Numbered from the stretch's first letter, positions 36,610 to 47,226 are shown. The stretch: DNA of 64,000 bases from Candidatus Bathyarchaeota archaeon (GCA_963769425.1 CAVYLP010000006.1:192001-256000); one strand, 5' to 3'. Notes: a model not told the origin generated them from the letters alone. Translations and numbers: made by a program.

Positions 36610-37445
36610 TGCGTGCCACCCCCGAGGGCTCGCCTCGCGGCGCCCATCATCACATCCTCCGGCGCCAGCCTTCCCGTCCACAGTCTCAGAGCCTCCGCCC
36701 CCTGGTAGACGAGCATCGTCAGTCCCCCCAGCGTCTCCGCACCAGCGGCCTCGGCGTCAAGGAGGAGTCGGGTCCGTTCGGGGCTGTAGATGAGGTCGAA
36801 GACGAGGAGACCGGGGTGGAGGATGCCTGCGTCGACGGGGCTGTGGCCTGCGTTTGGTGACATGCCCACTGGGGTCGCGTTGACAAGGATGTCTGCCGCG
36901 CCGACGCTGCTCCGAGCCTCCCCGAGACCCGCCCCGAGCACATCGACTTCGTGCTGCTTATCTATCTCACCCGCGAGAGTCTCCGCCTTCGCGGCGTCGC
37001 GGGCGAGTATCCTGATCCACCTCGCCTTCGGAGCCAGTCCGGATGCGACGGCGCGGGCCGCCCCGCCAGCCCCGAGGATCACGACCCGGCAGCCGTCGAG
37101 GTTGCCGTAGGCTTCGCCAATCGCCCTAACGGCGGCGGGGGAGTCGGTATTGTAGCCCTTCAGGCGCCCATCCTCGTTCACGACGGTGTTTACTGCGCCA
37201 ACCGCCCTGGCGGTGGCGTCGACCTCGTCTAGTAGGGGGAGGATAGCGACCTTGTGGGGGATGGTGACGTTGAAACCAGCGACGGAGGGCTCCCTGAGCC
37301 CAGCGACGGCCCTGCCCAGACCCTCGGGGGGCACAGGCATCGCCTCGTATCTATAGTCTAAGCCGAGGGCCTCGATTGCCGCCTCTTGCATCTGCGGGCT
37401 AATGGAGTGGGCCACGGGGTAGCCGATGAGGTAGAGGTGCCTCAA
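36606..37445 (-). CDS. aroE: Shikimate dehydrogenase
   Basis: GYPVAHSISP, NVTIPHK, GAVNT, GYNTD, GAGGAAR, NATPVGM. Confidence 0.95.
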   Translation of the reverse strand: MRHLYLIGYPVAHSISPQMQEAAIEALGLDYRYEAMPVPPEGLGRAVAGLREPSVAGFNVTIPHKVAILPLLDEVDATARAVGAVNTVVNEDGRLKGYNTDSPAAVRAIGEAYGNLDGCRVVILGAGGAARAVASGLAPKARWIRILARDAAKAETLAGEIDKQHEVDVLGAGLGEARSSVGAADILVNATPVGMSPNAGHSPVDAGILHPGLLVFDLIYSPERTRLLLDAEAAGAETLGGLTMLVYQGAEALRLWTGRLAPEDVMMGAARRALGGGTH

Positions 37446-38120
37446 CTGAAGACCCCCATGAGGCGGTACGCCTCCTTCAATGCTTCGATGGTTAGCTGAC
37501 CAGGCGCGACCCGCCCGGTGTCGCTCGCTGAGGCGTAGGTCCAGCACCCGCCCATCAGCGGCGAGAGGACACGCGACGGCACGCCGAGGAGACCCATGTT
37601 GAAGCACACGTTCCCGGGCTCCCTCCCGAGGTACTCGAGGCAGGGCAGGTTATCGGCGGGGCACGCCGCTGAGCCGACGACCTTGACGACGTCAGCGCCC
37701 ACGCCCCTGGCCTCACCGTGCGTCGCCATGATCTCGCTGAGACCCGGCGCATGGTCGAGGTAGTGGCGTGAAATGATCAGTTTGGCTCCAGACAGCGTGG
37801 ACCTCGGCAGGCAAGTTCGCTGATGGAGGGTGAATCGATCTCCGCGTCGACGTAGTCGAAGCCCTCTTGCGCAGCTGAGGCGGAGAAGGGCCCATCTCTC
37901 GTCCTCACTCTTGACCCATCTCCCGCCGTGGCTGGGAAGGCGCGCCGTCGCGATCAGAGTGAACATCGGTTGATTTTCGGAGGACTTTCAGGTTCAGTGC
38001 CTCGGCGGCGTAGTCGAGCCTCAGCTCAACGAGGTCGGGCTCCTTCAGGCGGTGGATCGTCTCCAGGACGTCCGCCGTGGTTGTGGCGGGGACGGCGACG
38101 CATATCCTCGGGCCCACCAT
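37442..38120 (-). CDS. aroD: Type I 3-dehydroquinate dehydratase, multiple frameshifts (~37800-37965)
   Basis: DLVELRLD, LIATAR, GFDYVD, ADVVKV and APGQL distributed across three frames. Confidence 0.85.
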
Positions 38121-38121
38121 C

Positions 38122-39207
38122 CTATCCCCCCAGGGCTCCCCGGAGATCGGCCTCCGAGACCCCCCTGACGACTGGCTCCGAGCCTATCCCGGTGGGTAGG
38201 ACGAGGCGGATCGAGCCGGCCTCGGCCTTCTTGTCCCGCCTCATGAGTGGGATGACCTCGTCGAGCCCGTAGGGGACCTCGACGGGGAGCCCCAATCGCT
38301 GAAGCAGACTGATCTGTCTTGCGAGGTCGGTCTGTTTGAGCAGGTCGAGGCTGTTGGCGACGCGGGAGGCAGCCACCATCCCGATTGCGACCGCCTCGCC
38401 GTGGCGGATCGTGTGGCCCGAGAGCGTCTCGACGGCGTGGCCGACGGTGTGGCCGTAGTTGAGAGCGGCCCGTATCCCGCCGTCGTCCCTCTCGTCCGCC
38501 TCCACGTAGCGAGCCTTCGAGGCGACACAGCGGCCCACCATCCAGCGGAGCCTCTCGGCGTCCCCGGATAGGATGCCCTCCGCTTCGACCTCCAGCCCCT
38601 TGTAGAGGATGGCGTCGGAGATGACACCGTACTTCGTCACCTCGGCGAAGCCGCTGCGCAGCTCCCGTGGGGGGAGCGTCGCGAGCAGGGCGGGGTCGCA
38701 GGCGACGAGGCTCGGCTGGTGGAAGCTCCCGATCAGGTTCTTCCCCGACGGGTGGTTCACCGCGGTCTTGCCGCCGATGCCGCTGTCCACCTGCCCGAGC
38801 AGGGTCGTTGGGACCTGGACCACGCGTACCCCACGCATGTAGACGGAGGCGGCGAATCCTGCGGAGTCGCCGACTGAGCCCCCGCCGAGGGCGACGACGA
38901 CGCCTCTCCGGTCCAACCCGTGCTCGATGAGTCCGCCGAGCAGCTTCTCGGCTGCGCCCCATGTCTTCGCCTCCTCCCCCTCGGGCACGATTACTTTCCC
39001 CGGGTTCAGCCCATCAAGTGAAGTCATAACCTGCCTCCCGTATAGAGCGTCCACGGAGGGCGATGTGACCACGACACACCCAGTTACGCCTGGAATGTAC
39101 TCGGAGATCGCCTCACCGAGCCGCCCAAGGAGCCCACCCCCGACGAGAATCGGGTAGCTCCTCGCCCCGAGGTGGACCGAGGCGACCCTCAAGGAATCGA
39201 GGCTCAT
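38122..39207 (-). CDS. aroB: 3-dehydroquinate synthase (bacterial AroB type)
   Basis: GEEAKT, GGGSVGD, PTTLLGQVDSGIGGKTAVN, KNLIGSF, LNYGHT, HGEAV. Confidence 0.96.
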   Translation of the reverse strand: MSLDSLRVASVHLGARSYPILVGGGLLGRLGEAISEYIPGVTGCVVVTSPSVDALYGRQVMTSLDGLNPGKVIVPEGEEAKTWGAAEKLLGGLIEHGLDRRGVVVALGGGSVGDSAGFAASVYMRGVRVVQVPTTLLGQVDSGIGGKTAVNHPSGKNLIGSFHQPSLVACDPALLATLPPRELRSGFAEVTKYGVISDAILYKGLEVEAEGILSGDAERLRWMVGRCVASKARYVEADERDDGGIRAALNYGHTVGHAVETLSGHTIRHGEAVAIGMVAASRVANSLDLLKQTDLARQISLLQRLGLPVEVPYGLDEVIPLMRRDKKAEAGSIRLVLPTGIGSEPVVRGVSEADLRGALGG

Positions 39208-39211
39208 GGCG

Positions 39212-40045
39212 CTACAGCCTTTTCCCCACTGCCGCCGCGATTGGGGTTATCTCACGCATGAGCGCCTCGAACTCGGGCGGGTGGAGGCTCTGGTCTCCGT
39301 CGCTGAGCGCCTTCTCGGGGTGTGGGTGGACCTCGATTATGAGGCCGTCCGCGCCGGCGGCGACTCCGGCCTTCGCCATCGGGGCGACGAGGCTCCTGAT
39401 CCCCGTCCCATGGCTCGGGTCGACGACCACCGGCAGGTCGCTGAGCTGCTTGATCACCGGCACCGCTGAGACGTCAAGGGTGTTCCTCGTTATGGTCTCG
39501 TATGTGCGTATGCCGCGCTCGCAGAGTATGACGTTGGGGTTGCCCTCGTTGAGTATGTACTCGGCGCAGCCGAGCCACTCCTCGATGGTGGCGGACATGC
39601 CCCTCTTGAGCATCACCGGCTTCGCGGCGCGCCCCACCCGCTTGAGGAGGGTGAAGTTCTGCATGTTCCTGGCCCCGATCTGGAGGATGTCCGCATAGCT
39701 CTCCACGAGCTCCACGTCCTCGGGCGCCATCACCTCGGTGACTATCGGGAGACCCGTCTCGCCCCTGGCCTCGGCTAGTATCTTGAGCCCCTCCTCGCCG
39801 AGTCCCTGGAAGCTGTAGGGGAGGGTCCGCGGCTTGAAGGCGCCGCCCCTGAGGATGTGCCCCCCCGCGGCCTTGACTATGCGCGCAGTCTCGAGGACCT
39901 GTTCGCGGCTCTCTACGCTGCAGGGCCCCGCCATGACGGCGAGTTGGTCGCTACCGATGGTCACGTCCCCGACCCTGATCTTGACGCCGCCGTGCCCGTT
40001 CTTCACGGCGAGCTTGATCTTCTGAGATACCACTAGCTTCGACAT
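39212..40045 (-). CDS. aroF: DAHP synthase type I-beta (no regulatory domain)
   Basis: [39 protein letters not shown]; GGAGG SD before ATG 40045. Confidence 0.95.
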   Translation of the reverse strand: MSKLVVSQKIKLAVKNGHGGVKIRVGDVTIGSDQLAVMAGPCSVESREQVLETARIVKAAGGHILRGGAFKPRTLPYSFQGLGEEGLKILAEARGETGLPIVTEVMAPEDVELVESYADILQIGARNMQNFTLLKRVGRAAKPVMLKRGMSATIEEWLGCAEYILNEGNPNVILCERGIRTYETITRNTLDVSAVPVIKQLSDLPVVVDPSHGTGIRSLVAPMAKAGVAAGADGLIIEVHPHPEKALSDGDQSLHPPEFEALMREITPIAAAVGKRL

Positions 40046-40068
40046 GCCTGTGCCTCCGAGTCTCCCCT

Positions 40069-40137
40069 TCAGCACAGGCTGAGGGAGTAAAACCCGTGGA
40101 AGCCGAACGCGTGTGCGTCGCTCAGGGTTTCATTCAT
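40069..40137 (-). CDS. Putative Phe/Tyr-rich leader peptide (22 aa)
   Basis: [22 protein letters not shown]; stop lies 23 nt upstream of the aroF ATG; overlapping hairpins. Confidence 0.45.
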   Translation of the reverse strand: MNETLSDAHAFGFHGFYSLSLC

Positions 40138-40339
40138 CCGGGCGTCGACCCGGCTGTTGGATAGAACTAGGTTTGGAGCTTGGCTCCTGCTTAGACGAGG
40201 ATAAATTGGCGCATTGATCGCACCTCTAGACTTACCAGCGAATTGAGTCTGATCACGGTATTTAACCGATTCGGGCAGGTGCGGCTGGCGAGGAAGCGGC
40301 GGGTGACTCTTTATAGCCGGTTGAAGGGTAGTCCACATC

Positions 40340-41038
40340 ATGGGCGAAGAGAAGTCCCCACTCGACCGCCTCCTGGCGCGCCAGGACTTCAAGCCTTTCT
40401 CGGGTCCGCACGCCTTCCGCGTCCTCGGGCTTTCGAGGAAGAGGCTCAAGATGCCTCCGATCAGGGAGGAGGACGTCCTCAAGGCGGTGAGCAGCCTCGG
40501 CGTTGTCCTGGAGACGGAGGTCGCGATGATCGTGGCGCTCCAGCAGGTCCTATGCATGCGCTGCGGGAACTGCTGCAGGGGGAGAGGCTCGATAAGGCTC
40601 AGGAAGGATGAGCTTCAGGGCGTCGCCGACTACCTGCACGTCGAGTATAAGCGGTTAAAGGATCGGATGAGGGCGGCGCCGATGGGGGACGGAACCTTCA
40701 TCGTCTCCCAGCCCTGCCCGCTGCTAAGGGGCAACCTCTGCGCTGCGTACCCGGCACGCCCGGGGACGTGCCGAGGCTATCCAGCCGGCGACTTACTAGC
40801 AAATATAGGGCGTGGGAAGCAGTTCGAGGACTGTCCAATAGCGGACGAGTTGCTCGCCGAGGTCGTCGTGAAGCGGGTCCTAGAGGAGCAGATGTGGAGG
40901 GAGCACCCCGAGGAGCTGAAGGCACTCGCGGAGCAGAAGAGGGGCGAACTAGCGAAGCTCAGCGAGCTGCCGCAGAGCGAGAGGATGAAGCGCCTCGTAG
41001 AGGGCTACTCCCGTAGCATAGCCCGTGGGCAGGGTTAG
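40340..41038 (+). CDS. YkgJ/CxxCxxCC family cysteine-cluster protein
   Basis: CMRCGNCC, PCPLL..NLCAAYPARPGTCRGYP. Confidence 0.85.
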   Translation: MGEEKSPLDRLLARQDFKPFSGPHAFRVLGLSRKRLKMPPIREEDVLKAVSSLGVVLETEVAMIVALQQVLCMRCGNCCRGRGSIRLRKDELQGVADYLHVEYKRLKDRMRAAPMGDGTFIVSQPCPLLRGNLCAAYPARPGTCRGYPAGDLLANIGRGKQFEDCPIADELLAEVVVKRVLEEQMWREHPEELKALAEQKRGELAKLSELPQSERMKRLVEGYSRSIARGQG

Positions 41039-41043
41039 TAGGC

Positions 41044-41418
41044 TCACTTCTTCTTCGCCTTCGCTGGCAGCGATGCTACAAAAGAGTAGGATTTATCGAT
41101 CCACTGCGCCAGAAGCGTGTCGTCGCTTAAAACCGCGTGCGGTAGGAGGAGATACTCCTTCATCACACCCCCCTTCATCGGCTCGAAGGGCTTCGCCCCT
41201 AGCCTCCTCATCTCAGCCTGGTCCGTGGGGGTGAGCCGAAGAAAGATGTCGTCCCCGAAGACGCCTGCGAACATGTTCCCGCCCACAAACCACGTAGGGG
41301 CTCCAAAGAGGACCCTTCGCTCGCCCTTACCAGTGAGGGCGTGCTCAAGCAGCGTAGTCTTCTCCGCTGAGGGCTTCGGCCACGGCATAGCAATCAATGT
41401 ACCTTGGTTCGGCGCCAT
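41044..41418 (-). CDS. TfoX/Sxy N-terminal domain protein
   Basis: VLFGAPTWFVGGNMFAG..IFLRL..FEPMKG..MKEY. Confidence 0.8.
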   Translation of the reverse strand: MAPNQGTLIAMPWPKPSAEKTTLLEHALTGKGERRVLFGAPTWFVGGNMFAGVFGDDIFLRLTPTDQAEMRRLGAKPFEPMKGGVMKEYLLLPHAVLSDDTLLAQWIDKSYSFVASLPAKAKKK

Positions 41419-41491
41419 TTTAAGCAGGTGACCCCACCGGTAAAGCTCATTAACCCTAGCGGCTCATCGGTCTATCAACCGGTGATTTTGC

Positions 41492-42433
41492 TTGAAGCGC
41501 ATACTCCTCGACACCGACCCGGGCGTCGACGACGCCCTCGCATTCCTCCTCGCCTTCGCGAGCCCCGAGATAAAGGTCGAAGCCGTCACGACCGTCGACG
41601 GTAACGTCGATGTTGAGAAGGGAACCCGTAACGCTCGGCAACTGCTCGAGTTCCTCGGGAGAGATGACGTCCCCGTAGCGCGCGGCGCCTCGCACCCGAT
41701 GCTGAGGCCGATGGGGAACGCGGAGAGCTTCCACGGGAAGACGGGGCTAATGGACGCGGTGCTCCCCGAGCCGAGGATGAAGGTGGAGAAGAGGGCCGCG
41801 GCCCAGCTCATCATCGACGAGGCGAACAGGCTCGGGAAGGAGCTGACCCTCGTCGCCATCGGGCCGCTGACAAACATCGCCGCGGCGATCCTCACCGACC
41901 CGACGATCCCCGAGAAGGTGGGGGGCCTCGTCATCATGGGCGGCGCCTTCGCCCTCACCCCATACGGCTCCGGGAACGCGAACGCCGTCGCCGAGTTCAA
42001 CGTTTGGCACGACCCAGACGCGGCGAAGCTCGTCTTCGACAGCGGCATACCCATGGTCTGCGCAGGCCTCGACACCACGATGCACCCCGACTACAGGATG
42101 AGCAAGGCCATGTACGGGGAGATGGTGGCGAAGAAGTGGAGGCGCTCCGAGCTCATCAAGGGACTCTGCGGCGCCCTCGTGGAGAGGTTCAACGGCTTCA
42201 GCCTCCACGACCCGATGGCGATGGCCTACGTCGCCGACCCCACCATGTTCAAGACGGAGAAGTACAAGGTCGAGGTCGAGACGACGGGCACACACACGAT
42301 GGGGATGACGGTCGTAGACCGGCGCAGATACCACCGCGAGGAGAACCTGAAGGCGAACCACGATGTGATCGTCGAGGTGGACGCCCCCAGGTTCCACAGG
42401 ATGGTCTCCGAAAGGGTCGGCAAGGGTGGCTAG
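41492..42433 (+). CDS. Nucleoside hydrolase (IU-NH family)
   Basis: DTDPGVDDA, GPLTN, AEFNVWHDP, LHDP. Confidence 0.95.
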   Translation: MKRILLDTDPGVDDALAFLLAFASPEIKVEAVTTVDGNVDVEKGTRNARQLLEFLGRDDVPVARGASHPMLRPMGNAESFHGKTGLMDAVLPEPRMKVEKRAAAQLIIDEANRLGKELTLVAIGPLTNIAAAILTDPTIPEKVGGLVIMGGAFALTPYGSGNANAVAEFNVWHDPDAAKLVFDSGIPMVCAGLDTTMHPDYRMSKAMYGEMVAKKWRRSELIKGLCGALVERFNGFSLHDPMAMAYVADPTMFKTEKYKVEVETTGTHTMGMTVVDRRRYHREENLKANHDVIVEVDAPRFHRMVSERVGKGG

Positions 42434-43390
42434 TGGTGGCGGACCTCATCACCTGCGGCGCCATAAACTGGGACATCAATCTCTTCATGGACAGGCTCCC
42501 CCGGGCGGGGGAGGAGGTCCCAGTGAGGGAGATACAGCGCGTCAGCGGGGGGACGGCGGCGAACGTCGCCGTGGCGTCAGCCCGGCTCCTCGGCAAGAAG
42601 CGCGTCGCCTTCATAGGCGCCCTCGGGAAGGACGAGATCGCCGACAAGCAGAGGGGCATCCTCTGGGAGGAGGGCGTCGACGACTCGGGCCTCCTCTTCG
42701 TCCAGGGTGAGGAGTCGGGTCAGGCATACATCAGCATAGGCGGCGACGGTGAGAACGAGATACACACCTACTTCGGCGCCAACCTGAAGCTGGACGGCGT
42801 CTGCCTGCGCGACCCTGAGAGGCTCAAGTTGATCGGGGGTTCGAAGGTCTGCGTCATCATGGACCCGCCGCTTGAGACGGCGAGGTGCCTAGCGGAGCTC
42901 TGCAGGGAGCACGGCGTCACCGTCATCTGGGACCCCGGCGTCTACGCGGGGCTCGGCCTCGACGCCCTAGCGCCAACCCTCGCGAACACCGACTACTTCA
43001 TACTCAACCACCTCGAGTACGAGAACCTCCTCGGCACCAGCTCCGCCCACGAGATCGCGAGGATGATGCACGAGAGGTTCAGGGGGCGTCAAGTGCATAA
43101 TCAAGCACGGAGCGGAGGGGTGCACCCTCACGCAGGACAGCGTCGGCGCGATGATACACGTCGACGCGGTTCCCATTGAGAAGTTTGGGATGACCGTTGT
43201 GAACCGGGTCGGGTGCGGAGACGCCTTCATCGGCGGCTTCGCCTCGGCGAAGGTCGAGGGGCTGGAGGACACGGAGGCACTCCGCTGGGGGAACGCGGCG
43301 GGCAGCTTCAAGGCGACGAAGAAGGAGACGCGCGGCGGCCCCACGAAGGCACAGCTCCTAGACCTCATCGAGAAGTGGAGGCGCCTATAA
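42433..43390 (+). CDS. PfkB/ribokinase-family kinase, frameshift in a G-run near 43085
   Basis: GGTAANVA, WDPG, ILNHLE; then IKHGAEG and GCGDAFIGGF in the next frame. Confidence 0.88.
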
Positions 43391-43861
43391 GTGTCAAACA
43401 ACCTCCGCGGCTCTAAGCGGGTCTCAGCCTACCTAGACGAGAGGGAAATCAAGGCAAGAGTCGTCACCCTCGACGAGTCGACGCGGACAAGCCAGCTCGC
43501 AGCAGACGCCCTCGGGTGCACAGTCGCTGAGATTGCGAAGAGCATAGTCTTCAAGGCGGGGGAGGGCGCCGTGGTCGTCGTCATCAGCGGCGACAGGCGC
43601 GTGGACGCGAAGAAGGTCTCCGCCCACCTCGGCGTCAAGGTGGGGAACGCCGACGCCGACGCGGTGAAGGCCCTCACAGGCTACCCGATTGGCGGCGTCC
43701 CACCCTTCCCACACGACGCGGGGGTCAAGGTCCTCCTCGACGGAAGCCTCACACGCTTCGAGAAGGTATGGGCCGCGGCGGGGACCCCGAACTCGGTCAT
43801 GAACCTCGCCGTCGAGCAGCTCAGGGGAATAGTCGGCGGCTTCGTCGACGTCGCCCAGTGA
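43391..43861 (+). CDS. YbaK/EbsC aminoacyl-tRNA deacylase family
   Basis: IAKSIVF, TGYPIGGVPPF, WAAAG. Confidence 0.9.
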   Translation: MSNNLRGSKRVSAYLDEREIKARVVTLDESTRTSQLAADALGCTVAEIAKSIVFKAGEGAVVVVISGDRRVDAKKVSAHLGVKVGNADADAVKALTGYPIGGVPPFPHDAGVKVLLDGSLTRFEKVWAAAGTPNSVMNLAVEQLRGIVGGFVDVAQ

Positions 43862-43901
43862 GCCGCACCTATCTTATACACGTTTGTACATCTCTCGATC
43901 C

Positions 43902-44597
43902 ATGTACAAGCGCATAGGCATCCTCGGCGGGCTCACCCCCGAGTCGACGGTCCCATACTACATGCATATCATCCACCGCTACGAGGAGCTGTTCCACAAC
44001 CAAGCCTACCCTGAGGTGGTCGTCTTCAGCGTCAGCTTCCAGCGCTTCGAGGACTGGATGGCGGTGGAGGACTGGGAGAGCATGGAGCTTGAGCTCACGA
44101 AAGGGCTGCACGCCCTACACGATGCTGGGGCGGACTTCGCCGTCATCGCCACCAACACGATGCACAACCTCTACGAGAAGCTCGACAGGAGGAACATCAT
44201 ACCGATGCTCAGCCTCGTCGACGCGACTGGGGCCGAGGTTAAGAAGGCGGGGATAAAGAAGGTCGGCCTCATAGGCACCAAGTTCGCGATGAACAAGCCC
44301 TACTACCGCGAGGGGCTCGCGAAGTACGGGATCAAGGTGGTGGTCCCCGACGAGGAGGACCAGAAGGAGGTCGGCAGGGTCATCTTCGAGGAGCTCGCCT
44401 ACGGTATCCTCAAGGACGAGAGCAGGAAGGGCTACCTCGCGATCATGGATCGGCTCAAGGCGAAGGGTGCCCAGGGAGTCATCCTCGGGTGCACCGAGAT
44501 ACCCCTACTCATCAAGCAGAGTGACACGAAGATCCCAGTCTTCGACACGACGACGATCCACGCCGAGGCGGCTCTCCAGTTCGCCCTCAAGGGCTAG
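43902..44597 (+). CDS. Aspartate/glutamate racemase family
   Basis: IGILGGLTPEST, IATNTMH, ILGCTEIP. Confidence 0.9.
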   Translation: MYKRIGILGGLTPESTVPYYMHIIHRYEELFHNQAYPEVVVFSVSFQRFEDWMAVEDWESMELELTKGLHALHDAGADFAVIATNTMHNLYEKLDRRNIIPMLSLVDATGAEVKKAGIKKVGLIGTKFAMNKPYYREGLAKYGIKVVVPDEEDQKEVGRVIFEELAYGILKDESRKGYLAIMDRLKAKGAQGVILGCTEIPLLIKQSDTKIPVFDTTTIHAEAALQFALKG

Positions 44598-45250
44598 CGG
44601 CCTATCAGCTTCGTCAGCTCGGCTAGGCCGTCGATTATGTAGTCGGGGTGAAGCGTCGCAAGTTTATCCATGCTGTGGGTGCCGGTGGTGACGCCTACGG
44701 TGTGGACCCCCGCCCGGACCCCGGACTCCAACCCGATTGTGGTGTCCTCGACGAAGACGGCCTCCCACGGCTTCACGCCGAGGCGTTCGAGGGTGAGGTT
44801 GATGATGTCGGGGGCTGGCTTCGGGTGTGCGACGTCGTTTATGCCGAGGATGAGGTCGAAGTAGTCGCCGAGGCCGAGCTTGCGCAGTAGGCGGGTTGCC
44901 ACGTCGCCTCGCTTCGTTGTGGCGACGCTCTGGAGGTAACCAGCCGTCTTGAAGTGGGCGAGGGTCTCCTGGACGCCGGGGAGTATGTGGGTCTTACTTG
45001 GCCCGATGTCGGCGTATATCTCGATGAACCTGTCCCAGCAGGCCTGGACGCCGCCGTGCTTCGCCTCGGGGAGGACGCGCCTAAACATGTCGGTTAGCGG
45101 TAGGCCTATCATCTCCTCGATCTGTTCCCGGGGGCAGGCGACTTCACCCTGCTCCTCGACGACGCGGTTGAAGGTCTCGACTATCGCCTCGGTGGAGTCG
45201 ATGAGGGTGCCGTCGAGGTCGTAGATGACTAGGCGTATCCCGTTGAGCAC
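44594..45250 (-). CDS. HAD-family phosphatase
   Basis: DLDGTLIDS, ATTK, KPAP. Confidence 0.9.
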   Translation of the reverse strand: MLNGIRLVIYDLDGTLIDSTEAIVETFNRVVEEQGEVACPREQIEEMIGLPLTDMFRRVLPEAKHGGVQACWDRFIEIYADIGPSKTHILPGVQETLAHFKTAGYLQSVATTKRGDVATRLLRKLGLGDYFDLILGINDVAHPKPAPDIINLTLERLGVKPWEAVFVEDTTIGLESGVRAGVHTVGVTTGTHSMDKLATLHPDYIIDGLAELTKLIGR

Positions 45251-45326
45251 GGCTGGGATAGGGGCGCCCGGCGTTTAAACGGTTCCTAGCACCAAGCTTT
45301 TTCCGCGTCCCTTCCATCGGATACCC

Positions 45327-45680
45327 ATGAAACACTTTTACTACGCCGAGGCCCCGCTCGAGGACATCGTCTCCCCAGCCGTCGAGGCGAGGAGGAGGTG
45401 GCTCGTCGACGCAGCGACTGGAGCGCCTAACTTTACGGTTGCCGAGGTCGAGGTCAAGCCCGGGGGCAGCACCCTCCACCACTCCCACCCCTACGAGCAC
45501 GCCATGTTCGTCCTCGAGGGCACAGGGGAAGTAGTCGAGTCAACGGGAACAAGCCCGATCACCCCCTGGGAGGTACTGTACATCGCCCCCAACGAGCTGC
45601 ACCAGATAAGGAACACGGGGGGCAAGATGCTAAGGTTCCTGTCCATAGAGCCAGTGATGAAAGAGGAGAAGAAGCCCTAG
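45327..45680 (+). CDS. Cupin domain protein
   Basis: HHSHPYEH..VLEG..IAPNELHQ. Confidence 0.85.
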   Translation: MKHFYYAEAPLEDIVSPAVEARRRWLVDAATGAPNFTVAEVEVKPGGSTLHHSHPYEHAMFVLEGTGEVVESTGTSPITPWEVLYIAPNELHQIRNTGGKMLRFLSIEPVMKEEKKP

Positions 45681-46201
45681 AGGTCTAGGGGCTTCCCGTA
45701 GGTCTCCGCGTGGAAGACCTCCTTGAGTGCCCTACGTGACTTCGGTTCCGGTGTCTCCGCTGGGACGCCGATTGGGAGGAGGCAGATGACCTTCTTGTCC
45801 TCGGGTATGCCGAGGAGGGCCTTCACCTTCGCCTCGTCGAAGGCGCCTATCCAGCAGGTGCCGTAGCCGAGGCTCCACGCGGCGAGTATCATGCTCTCGA
45901 CGGCGATCATCGGGTCCCGCTCGACCCACTTGTTGTAGCCCCCGGGGGAGCTGGCGGGGTCGCCGAGGACGGCGAGGAAAGCGCCAGCTTCTGCGGTCCA
46001 CATCTGGTTACTCGCCGCGGCGGCGAGCTTCTTCCTCCGATCCGCGTCGCGGACTACTACGAAGCCCCAGGGCTGCTTGTTCCCCGCCGAGGGGGCGAGT
46101 CTACCTGCCTCGAGTATCTTCTTCAGGTCGCCGTCCGGCACCGGGACGGGCTTGTACTTCCTGACGCTCCTGCGCGTCTCTATGGCTTTGAGAACGTCCA
46201 T
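45677..46201 (-). CDS. Nitroreductase family protein
   Basis: RRSVRKY, APSAGNKQPW, GTCWIG. Confidence 0.9.
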   Translation of the reverse strand: MDVLKAIETRRSVRKYKPVPVPDGDLKKILEAGRLAPSAGNKQPWGFVVVRDADRRKKLAAAASNQMWTAEAGAFLAVLGDPASSPGGYNKWVERDPMIAVESMILAAWSLGYGTCWIGAFDEAKVKALLGIPEDKKVICLLPIGVPAETPEPKSRRALKEVFHAETYGKPLDL

Positions 46202-46368
46202 ACTGACGGGAGAGGCAGCTCGTCTTATATTAACTATTCTCGATTTGATACAGGTGTCACGAGGCCGAGAGCCACCAAACTCATGAAATGAAAAAATCGT
46301 TATACATAGTAGCATGCAGTGAGGGAAGATGAGAGAAAAGGCCCCGGCGACCGGGGCGACTACTCGGC

Positions 46369-47226
46369 CTACTGGGCGGGTTTCTTCGCGTCGACCTTCT
46401 CCTGCAGGCTCTTCGCCTGGGCGTTGGCCTTCGCGATTATCTCCGCGGCCGTGTCCGGGGTGATGTACCCTGCCTCGACTGCGACCCTCTTCGCGTTCTG
46501 GAGGGCCATCGTGACGAGCGTCGGGGCCGTCGCGGCCGTGACGTACTCGCCGGCGAGGGCGACCTGGAACGCTCCGCCAGCAGCCTCCATGAGCTGCTTC
46601 CTGTAGCTGGGAACGTTCAGCACCAGCTCGGAGCCGGGGATGATCATGCCCCTCTCGTAGACGCACTTGAGGCTGAGGCCGCTCTGCGCGGCCTTTATGC
46701 CGAGTCTCTGGAGGAGGTCCGCCATGTCCGCCGTGATCTCGTCGCCCCTCTCGGCGATGACCGTGTCGGCGATGACCCAGATGTTACCCGCCTCGATGCG
46801 GGTCTTGATGCCGAGTCCGCCGAACTTGCTGATCATGGGGCCCGGGCTGATCCCGGTGTTGCCCGCGGGGATGGTTAGCTCCTTGAGCGCCTTGTCCCCC
46901 GCCTTCGCGAAGCTCTCCACCTTGCTCTTCTCGAGGTTAAGCGCCAGCTTGAAGGGGTTCCCGTTGGTGAAGAGGAACATGTTCTGCCCCGCCACCGCCT
47001 TGATGAACTCCTCCGTCGCCGGCTTCTCCGCCTTCTCCATGCTGATCCTCATCAGCGTGTTCTTGACGGTCTTGATCTCGAGCTGCCCCCTCAGGCTCTT
47101 CCTGAGGTCCATCAGCATACCGCTCTGCACCTTGTTGAGGTCCGCCACCGCGATGACGTCGTACTTCGCCAGTAGCTTCATCGTCTGCTCGACGACTGCT
47201 GCCTTCTGCTCAGATACCTGCGACAT
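46369..47226 (-). CDS. rplP0: 50S ribosomal protein L10/P0
   Basis: KTVKNTL, NPFKL, PAGNTGISPGP. Confidence 0.95.
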   Translation of the reverse strand: MSQVSEQKAAVVEQTMKLLAKYDVIAVADLNKVQSGMLMDLRKSLRGQLEIKTVKNTLMRISMEKAEKPATEEFIKAVAGQNMFLFTNGNPFKLALNLEKSKVESFAKAGDKALKELTIPAGNTGISPGPMISKFGGLGIKTRIEAGNIWVIADTVIAERGDEITADMADLLQRLGIKAAQSGLSLKCVYERGMIIPGSELVLNVPSYRKQLMEAAGGAFQVALAGEYVTAATAPTLVTMALQNAKRVAVEAGYITPDTAAEIIAKANAQAKSLQEKVDAKKPAQ

